A stretch of DNA of 64,000 nt from Caecitellus pseudoparvulus (Eukaryota; Protista; Bigyra: Bicosoecida). The DNA is taken from contig CBFFRQ010000031.1 of the NCBI GenBank assembly GCA_965644315.1, positions 434,001-498,000 of the forward strand. Direction: 5' to 3'. The position numbers and the translations under genes are program-made. Shown in pieces: positions 12,936 to 21,900 of this stretch. Under the pieces are notes generated by a model. It saw only the letters and a program-made list of their open reading frames with translations, was not told the origin of the DNA and did not search any database. How positions within the stretch are numbered: the stretch's first letter is position 1; each line of letters starts with the position of its first letter.

Positions 12936-15900
12936 AGGAGGCTCAAAGCGCAGCGTGAGCACGTCAAAGCGTAGGCGGTCCATTGCCCACCTGAACAAAA
13001 CAACCTCTTTTCGATCACAGAATGTCAGCCATGGGATCTTAATGCACACTTTCACGAATCCAACCTTTGCACATTGATCGACCAGCTTAATGCAGCCTCG
13101 GAATTGGTAGAAGACAAAGAATCGAATGTCCAGCGGGTCTACAACGAGGTCCACGTCAAACGTCACTGCCAGGTCACCACTGTCACGAAGTGTCAAGATG
13201 GCGGCTGGCACAAACGCAGTCCGCAGCAAGATTGCCTCCACACCGACGCCTCCCTTGACGAGAAAGACGTTCACTGCAGCGGTGGCTCCGACGGTGGCCC
13301 ATGCCGAGGGAATCAGCGCACCCACCACGGTCTTGTCCGCTGGACACAGCGCGAACTCGTACCCTAGCTGCAGGGAGATGCTGCCGTACGCTTCGAAGGT
13401 CACAGGGACGACAACGATGATGATGGTCTTCGTGACGCTGAAGAGCTGATAAGTTTCACTCCAAATCACCCCGGCACCGGTCAAGCAGGAAGCCAAGTCG
13501 ACGTAGCCGTCAGGGAGGTACTCCACGTCAGCGAGGGACCGGCCCGAGCGCACGACCCGACCAGACGAGGCAAGGTGGCGAGCAGACTTGATGCCCGCCA
13601 AGGGTGCCGTCGCAGGCCCCTGCAAGCCAAGGCGTGCAGAGTTCAGAGGACGCACCCACTTTGTCCCCACTGCTCCATGCGTACTCCTGTGCACCTTGGT
13701 CAAGTCCGCTGACAGGAGACCGGGAACTGGTGCAGAACTAGCGGTTCCTTGTGCAGCAACGGCATGAGCGTCGTGGTAAGCAGTCGACGCAGCATGGCGA
13801 CTCGAGGCCAGGGCACGAGAAGCTGGGGTCATATGGCGAAGCCTGCGATCTCCAGGGGGGGTTCGAGAATCCTTGCTTGGGTCCTCTGTGTCCCCGGCAG
13901 TGCCGCTGTTGCAATCGGGGCCAATGTTGACGATGCACTTGGGACCATACACATACGACCCTAGCCACTTGAAGAAGATAGTGTTCTCGGTGATGGAGGC
14001 TGGGATGGTTTCAGCCACGGGGGGGCGCACTCTCATGAGCCGATCCTCGACGTCTGCCTGTGCCTCCCGCACCCGTGGGAGAAACTCCTGCGACGCGCTC
14101 GTCCACAAAGTGTACATGTACCGCTCTCCATCGTAGAAAAGGGAACGCAAGCCTTGTGGCGCCCGCAAGACCACAAGGACAGGGTGGTGCTCCTCCTTGC
14201 CGAGGTCAGCGAGCACGGCCGGCATGGCTCCAAAGTCCTCGCCTGCGGCCGAAGGCAGGTCGGTTCGTGAAACGTCTACATCATGCACCACGGCGATGTT
14301 TGATTCGACGCCCGACCTCAAGGTGGACGTGGCCAACGCGATGTAATTGAAGCCGATCATGTCGTAGAAGGCCATGCCGGTGGTATGTGGCGGCAAGGCG
14401 ATGGTGTGAGCACCCCGCAAGACATCTACTCCGTCTACGCTGTACATCGTGCTGTCATCAGGAAGGCCTGAGAACAGCAAATCCAAACCAACAGCGGTGC
14501 TGCGGAGCAACCCCGTTCCGCCCTTCTGGCCAGAAGGGGGAGCGCCTGGATGGTGGGAGGGCGCGGCCAGCGTGACGACACCGTCCCCTGGCCGAGCAAC
14601 ATCCTCTCCGACGTACAAAGTACCCCCCCCCAGTTCAGTCCTGTTGTAGGCCAGCCAGGACGCGCGGCTGTCCACGCGCCACCTGTACGCTTGTGCACCA
14701 AGGATGGATGTGGCCATGGAGTCCGAGCCAACTTCCAGGGTCCCAACTCCTGCAGCGTTCAGCGTGGAAGTGAGCTGGCTCAACGGGAAGGCCCACAGCT
14801 CACCGCAGCGTTCTGCATCACTGAGCTCGTCGCCTTCTGGAGCTTCGGATGTGATGAAGATGAAGTCCTCAGCGATGCTGAGCCCTCCAGCTCGCATGGT
14901 TGAACCATTGACAGCCACCCCATGCTCATCAGCCAAGGTGTAGATCTTGTGCACTTCGTTGGACTCTTGCTTGTGCACGACAAGCAAGACAAGGTTCCCA
15001 TGCGACGAAGCCTGCAGTTTGTTGGGCCGTAGCAGGCTGAGTGGGTACACATTGGTCTCACAGCTGAACGGTCCAGAGGGGCAGTGCTCGTAGGCTGCTG
15101 TGGCAGTGGGAGTGTAGTCTTCGTACAGCCCTGACAGGGTCCACTTCATCGTCTTTGACCCTGTTTGCACCAGAGCGGCAGACGTCGCATCCCACAGCAT
15201 CGTGTACCTGGTGGGGAACAAGATGTCACGGTACACCCAGCCTGATCGAGGTTCTTGCCGCACGCAGCCTTCGCCTGGCGCGGCAGTGCCGCACGCAGGC
15301 GTGTCCTCGGGTGCAGGCAGTGCCTTGGTGTTGTCAGAGATGCCAATGACCTCTTGCACCTTGGCAACAACGGCCCGGATAATATCGAACACTCGTCCCA
15401 GGCCAGCCACAAGTGACTGTACAGTGGGAGCGTGCTTCTCGATGAAATCAAAGAAGCGATCCAAGAAACTGCCTTCCCGAGTGGCGGTCTTCTTCAAGGC
15501 AGCAATGGCTTTCTCCTCCAGCAGCTGGAAGGGGGCAGAAAGATCTTGAGCCGCTGACAGGTACTGCACGACCTGCTGCACTTTACCAGACATGTCTTGG
15601 GCTTTGGCAAGGAAGTCGCCCAACCCCACCGCCTCGAACAGGGAGGCAGAGATGGAAATCTGACCATCGAACTTCATGACGAATTCCTCAACTTGGTCCA
15701 CTTTTGGGACAACTTGGTCGACGAGGACACCTCGCACTCCCGTCACAATGCTGCGGGCTTCCCCAGTCACCTTCGTGACGGTTTCCCCAATTTCAATGAC
15801 AAACTCCAAGACGCGCTCCAGAGTCACGTTGGCCAGAATGGGCCCCAACTCCAAGCTGCCCAGATTCCGTCCATGGGTAGAGACAACCACCAGTGCTTGG

Positions 15901-18900
15901 CCTTCAGTGGAATGCAAGGGCACTGCGGATAGCGCACGGCCATGTGGAGCCGAAGGGTCCAGCAGGAACCCCGCCACTTTGCCAACGACTCGCAGGACCT
16001 GATCCAACGCAGGTCCAATCAGCTCATCTAAGCCAGACATGACGCTGTCCAGATGAGGCATGAAGTTTGCCAGGCGCCCTTGAAGGTAGGTTGCGGTGTC
16101 CACCGCCTGAATCACAGGGTCCAGTCCATCTGCCAGCCTGCCGAGCTGGGAATGCAGCGCAGCACGGTGACAGGAGGGCGCCGCTGCATCTGCACACACG
16201 GCGTGAGTGTAGTTTGCCAGCAGTCCAGGCAGGAGCTCTCCTAGCGAGTGGACTTCGGGAATGCCCTCCACGAAGGATTTCATGATGCTCAAGGCCCGAG
16301 GCAAGACACCGATCATGGCCTGGCCCTCGGCAACAACCCTCTCAATGGGCCTGAGCAGGCCGCGAACCTTGTCCACTGTCTCAAAAACGTCTCCGAACAA
16401 AGAGCGAAGGATCTGGCCGCTCTGCGCGACCTCAAGCACAGCTGTGGCTTGGTCCACCACTTTACGAGTAACGTTGATGGCCTTTCCAAGGGGCTCCTGA
16501 AGCGGGGCCAAGGCAGATTTCACCGCAGGGGCAATGAGGGAGCGCAAGCGGGTCATGAGGGCATCGGAGAGAAGCTCAAATGGGTCCAGTGCCTCGGCCA
16601 TGCTCAAATAGTGGTCCACTTTGTCTGACAACTGCCCAGCGATGTCATGCACAAAAGCAGGGGCGAGGGAAGTGGCAGCCTGGACATGGCCGACGATGGT
16701 CTCTGCCAACGCTGCCGTGGCAGTGTGGTTTGAGATGGCACCCAGAATAGTGTCCAGAATGTCCACACCATCCAGGACTCCATCAAGCACTTTCTTGGCA
16801 GTGCCGACGACGTTGCCAACCTTGGACCTGTCTGCGCCTTCCTCGAGCCTGGAAATGATGCCATCCAGGACGCCCACAACAGTGGCCGCGGACTCCAGTC
16901 CGTTGAGGATGCCATCCATTCGAGCTCGTACGTCTGTCAGCACGCCAATCAGCTTCGAATTGCGCAACTTTGCGACGGCACTCATGACTTTCTCCACAAC
17001 TGCAGCTGCAAACGAGTCCAGCGCCTCCTTACCCTTCATCACGAGGCCCGTTGCAGTGGAGTTGAATGCAGAAATGCCGCTCTCAGCGAGATCTCGCACC
17101 TTGGATAGGAAGCGCTTGTGCAGATCGAGGAGGCCTCGATCATCAAGGGCTTGCTTGATGCGGCCCAGCACTTGCTCCTCTACGAAGCCGATGACAAAGT
17201 CCACGATGGCGTCTCCCTGCAACAGCGTGTCCACGGTATCGGCGACCTTGTCAACTATTGCCACACCGCGCTGGATGGCATCCGTGGCGGGCATGATGAA
17301 CTCCTGCACCTTGGCCTCCACCACATCAATCTTGTCAAACACCCACTGGATCTTGTCGTCAATCCACCGTGTCAGGTTCCCTTCAGAGAGCTTGGTCAGC
17401 AGTTTAGGAGGAATGATATTCAAGAGTGACATGAACTTGGACAGTCGAGACTTCGCTTGCACCAGCAAATTGAATACTCGGCTGTTTGCGACGAGCAGGT
17501 CCAGTTTGGGCCCGAGACCATTAACTGCAGCCACCAAGCGGGGCCAGGCATTGCCGAGTTCTGCCGCAGCGATGACTTTGTCAAACTTTGGCGACATGAG
17601 CGGGGCTGAATCCGCGACCTCTCGAGCCAGGCGCTGCAAGTTCACGAGTTGCGCGCGGATGAGAGGCAGAATACTGCCCACGCGAGCAATACCCGCATTG
17701 GCGATGGGGGCAATTGCCTGCACTCGTCCCTCCAGGCGAGCAGCAGCGCTGTTGGCGGCCTCACGCAAGGCTTCTTCCACAGCTGCTTGGGCCGCTGGCG
17801 AGAGGGCCGGGAAAAGGCTGTCTGAACCGTCTGCGAGCGGGGGGGGGAGCGCTTGCAAGCGGCGACCACCTCCTACTCCTCCCCCACCGAGCAAGTCAAG
17901 CCCAGCGCTGGCCAAGGCACCAAGAGGTCCACTTGAGCCGTTCACTTCTAACCCAGCTACCCCAGATGAACCCAGTGCCAGGACTTCAGGGGGGATGTTC
18001 AGCAGCTCTGAGAAGAAGCTCGCAGCATCTCCAGTAAGGTCTTGTGACGAGAACAGGGGCGAGAGGTCATGGAATAGCTTGCGAGTGGCATTCGCCATGG
18101 CTGCAAAGGGATGCTCCATGTGCTGCATGTTGCGCAAGGTCTGCAGGGTGTCCAGTATGCTACTGGCCATAGTGGTGACCTTCTCTGCAATAGGCTCCAC
18201 CTTGGACAGAGTGTTGTCCACCCAGTCCACCATCTTGTTGGCAAAGGCGACTCCTTGTCGTGTTACGTTCACCAACCTCATGATTTTCGGGCGTACCCGG
18301 TCAGTAAAGTTCTGGGAGATCCGCAGGGCTAGATCTCGGTCGCCGTTCAGGAAATCGTCCACGGCAGTGGTCACATTCGTTATCGTGCCCAGCACCTTCC
18401 GTACCTTCGGCATGGCCTGCAAGCTGGACATGAGACGCTCTGCAGCCCCTGCGGCCAGCTCCGAGACATCAAACATGCCGAATACCGTGTCAATGAGCTC
18501 CTCGCGATCTGAGAGGGCATCTGACAGCGGAACGACATAGTCATCGTACACTTGCATGATGTCTCTGATTGAGAAGGACAGGGGGCCCAGTGTGACATCC
18601 AAAATGCCGCTGACGTAGTACAGCCCACGGGCGATGTTGTCGCCGACGATCTTGTTGAACTGCCGGATGAGGTCAAGGGGAATGAGAGATTTGTACGAGA
18701 AGCCGGCCCGGAGGGCCAGCCTTGCATGAACGACGTCAAACTCGAAGCCAAAGGCCCACGCACCGAGCCTGAACTCGTTGTTTATGTTCAGGTCAAACAG
18801 GCCTCCGAACAGGCCGATACGGAGCAGCACCATGTTGGTCAGGTCCACAAAGCCACCTGCGCCAATCTTGGACCCACCAAACTTCTTGCTCCACTGGTTG

Positions 18901-21900
18901 CTCTTGCCGAGCTGGATGTCAATGAGCGTCGCAGTGATGAGGCGCCGCCGGGCGACCCAAGGAACCTGTGCGTTGCCACTGGCAACCCCAGCAGACTCAA
19001 TGCCCCCAGTGCCGTTGCCAGACAGGACAACGCTTCGCAAGCCACGGGACATTGCCGCTGTCATGGCTTCGGCCTCACTGACAACCTCGTGCGGCAGTCG
19101 GTCAAGCCACCACCGCGCTGCGGCGCCTCGCACTTGTGCCGTCGTGCCGCAAGCAGCAAAACACTCCTGCCTGCATCGCTTCAAGCGGGGATGGGGGCAC
19201 ATGTCTTTGACACAACGAGCAGCGCATGAGAGGGGCTGAGCTTCAGTCAGCCCAGCAACATCAGACAAGATGCCCTGCAGCGTGTGCTTGGTGGTAAAGT
19301 GAACCTGCTCAAAGCCCTTGAGAGCATCCAAGGCACTCTTGCGAATGGACAGTGCTGTACCAGAGGAGGCCAGAGCTGTGAGGAGGACGAACTCCGCAGG
19401 GTCTGCTGTCATGGCGCAGTGCCCAGAAAAGGCACAGAAGAGCTCTTCCTCCACACCCAATGCCCATGGGACGCCGCCGTCCGCAGAGGTGCGATCATGC
19501 TCTCTGTGAGCCGTCATTAAGGCCAAGCACAGCGCATGCTCCGCGCTCATGTGCTGCGCATGCTGCACACCTTCCCACACGGCCCGCTGCATCTCGGTGT
19601 TGTCCGCTCCAGGGGTCGCCATATGGTGGCATCGAGCCTGGAGCGACTCTTTGCTCAAGTCAACACCCAGGTCTGCCCAGGCCACGTCTTCATACCTGCG
19701 CAAGCTGTAGACAGCTGCCTCTGCAGCAGCCACGGAAGGATGTGTTGTCGATAGCAGTAGAGCAGGCAACACGCGCAAGCCACCCGCATTGCCGAGGGCC
19801 ATAACCGTCGCTGCAAGTGTGTGGAATGCTGGCGTGTCGCTGTCATCGGCTGAGAAGCGCGAAGACAGCAAACGCCGGCCGGAGGGGGGACTTGGTGGTG
19901 CTGCAGCAGCTGCCAAAGCTAGCTGTCGACGGACGTGCTTCTCCATGGTGGGATGAACCTGCCCGTCAAGAGCTTTGCCTTGCAGCACCATGCCCATGGT
20001 GAATGCGGCACTGGACTCCCAGACATGCTCCATGGCAGCGTGGCCGACCTTGGCCTCCGCACCCGCCTCCTCTGCCCCAACTTGCCGCACAGCTGCCCGC
20101 CACTGCAGGCGCCGCTCAGTGGTCTGCTCAGACAACAGCTCTGCGCCAGCGTGGAATGCAGCATCAACACGTGGCTGGTGAACCAAGTGGTGTTCGCGCC
20201 AGGCTCCTTGCCAGTCCAACAGCAAGGACTCAATCGCCGCATCTGCCGCAGCAGCCAGCGCAGGGCTCTGTTCGGCGGGCAGCACCGCCAGCAGAGTGCC
20301 AAGCGTGGCCGACGCCTGCATGGCCACTTCAGGCGACGGGTGCATCGCGGCAGCCTGTTGCACAGAATACAGCACCTCTGCTGTGATGCGTGACGGGGCA
20401 AGTTGGTGCAGCGACAACAACGCATCAGCTGCATCGGTGGCCAGCTCGATGTCCGCCAGCGTGGAGTGTACGTGGGAGCAGTGGGCAGGCAAAGCAATGT
20501 CCCACAAATCCTCCATGGCCTGCTCATCCCAGCCCACACAGTGCAATGGGCTGAGAGGCTCCAAGGAGGTTTCAGCTTCGAGTGCTGCGGCCGCCGCTGT
20601 ACTTGCTGAGATGAGGGTCGTGATGGCGTCCACAGCAGCAGGGAGTGGTGACAGGGGCAGAGCGCTGATCATGGCAGCACGGGTAATGGTGGACCCCAGA
20701 GCGTCCAGGTCGTGCAGAGCCTGTGCGCCTGTGCGGTGTTGCCGGACGTGAGTGGCAGACTGCAGTGGCCCATGCACTTGTGCCGCAAGGCCACAGCTGG
20801 GATGGGAGCCCCACCAGGAGAGGGACTCGTGCACCGTGTCTGAGAAAACCACGTCGCCTGGCTGCATGGCCGCCGCTAGTTGCACGTACGGCGTGAGCAC
20901 CGTCCCCGCAGCCGCTTCAAGGAACATCCCATTCACATCGCGAAGGCGCAGCATGTTATGCAAGCCCACTACGCAAGCCGTGTTTGTGGAGTTTTCCTGG
21001 CGGCAAGCCATGAGAGCAGACAGTCGAGCACATGCGCTCCTCAGCTCTGAGTGCTCTGAAGTGGGCACATGAAGCTCACAAGCGGAGCTATCGCTGGCAG
21101 CGCACCTTGCACTTAGACCTCTCAGAGCTCGGCGGTGCGGCTGGATGTGTTGTGTGGCTGCGGCACGCCGGTCCTCCATGGCCTGCTGGGCTGAAGCGGC
21201 GGCGGGGACGGCACGATGGATATCGGCCTGGCCAGTCTCAGACATGCCCACGACTTCTTTCATGCCCCTTCCATGGTTGGAAGCAACGTGGGCGTCATTT
21301 GGGGCCGTCTCGACCTCAGGTGCCAGCGAGGCGGCGACAAGGTGGCGGCCTCTCACACTCACGTCCTTCCCGGCTTCAGCGTCGCTTGGCACGCTTGCCA
21401 GGACTGAGAGCAGTCCGTCGATAACACCTTCATGCCAGAGATCCAATTCTTCCAGTTCGTCTATCACGTGGGCGTCTTTGGCCAGCAACGTGCCAACAAG
21501 GGAGCCACGTGTTGAGAAGGCAGTGTTCTCGTGGGCCAGCTCCTGCTCCGGTGTCGGCTCGGCAAGGTGCCGGCCATGGCGCGGCGCATGTGGCGGAGCA
21601 TGTTGGGCAGGAGGGAGGGAGACAGAGTGCTGCATGGTAAACGCTGCGACACTGCCTTCCTCCGTGAGCTTGTGCTCGCGCACGAGCTTGGATGCAAGGT
21701 GCCGAGCGGAGGGCTGAGCGCTTTGCGTGATTGCCGCCTCGTGCACAGCAAAGAGAGAAACGCATTGCTCGGTGGCACAGGACACAACACTTGCAGAAGC
21801 GCGCATGTCCATGTGCCCATTGCCGTCAGCTTGGCGGACATTGAACTTGACTTCCCCTGGCGCCCCCTGATTCAACAGCCGTGCGGGGGTATGCACGCCT

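Noticed and set aside
12522-19880. RRL motifs as oomycete RxLR effector translocation signals
   Set aside because: They are internal and multiple, with no dEER; more consistent with linker processing sites.
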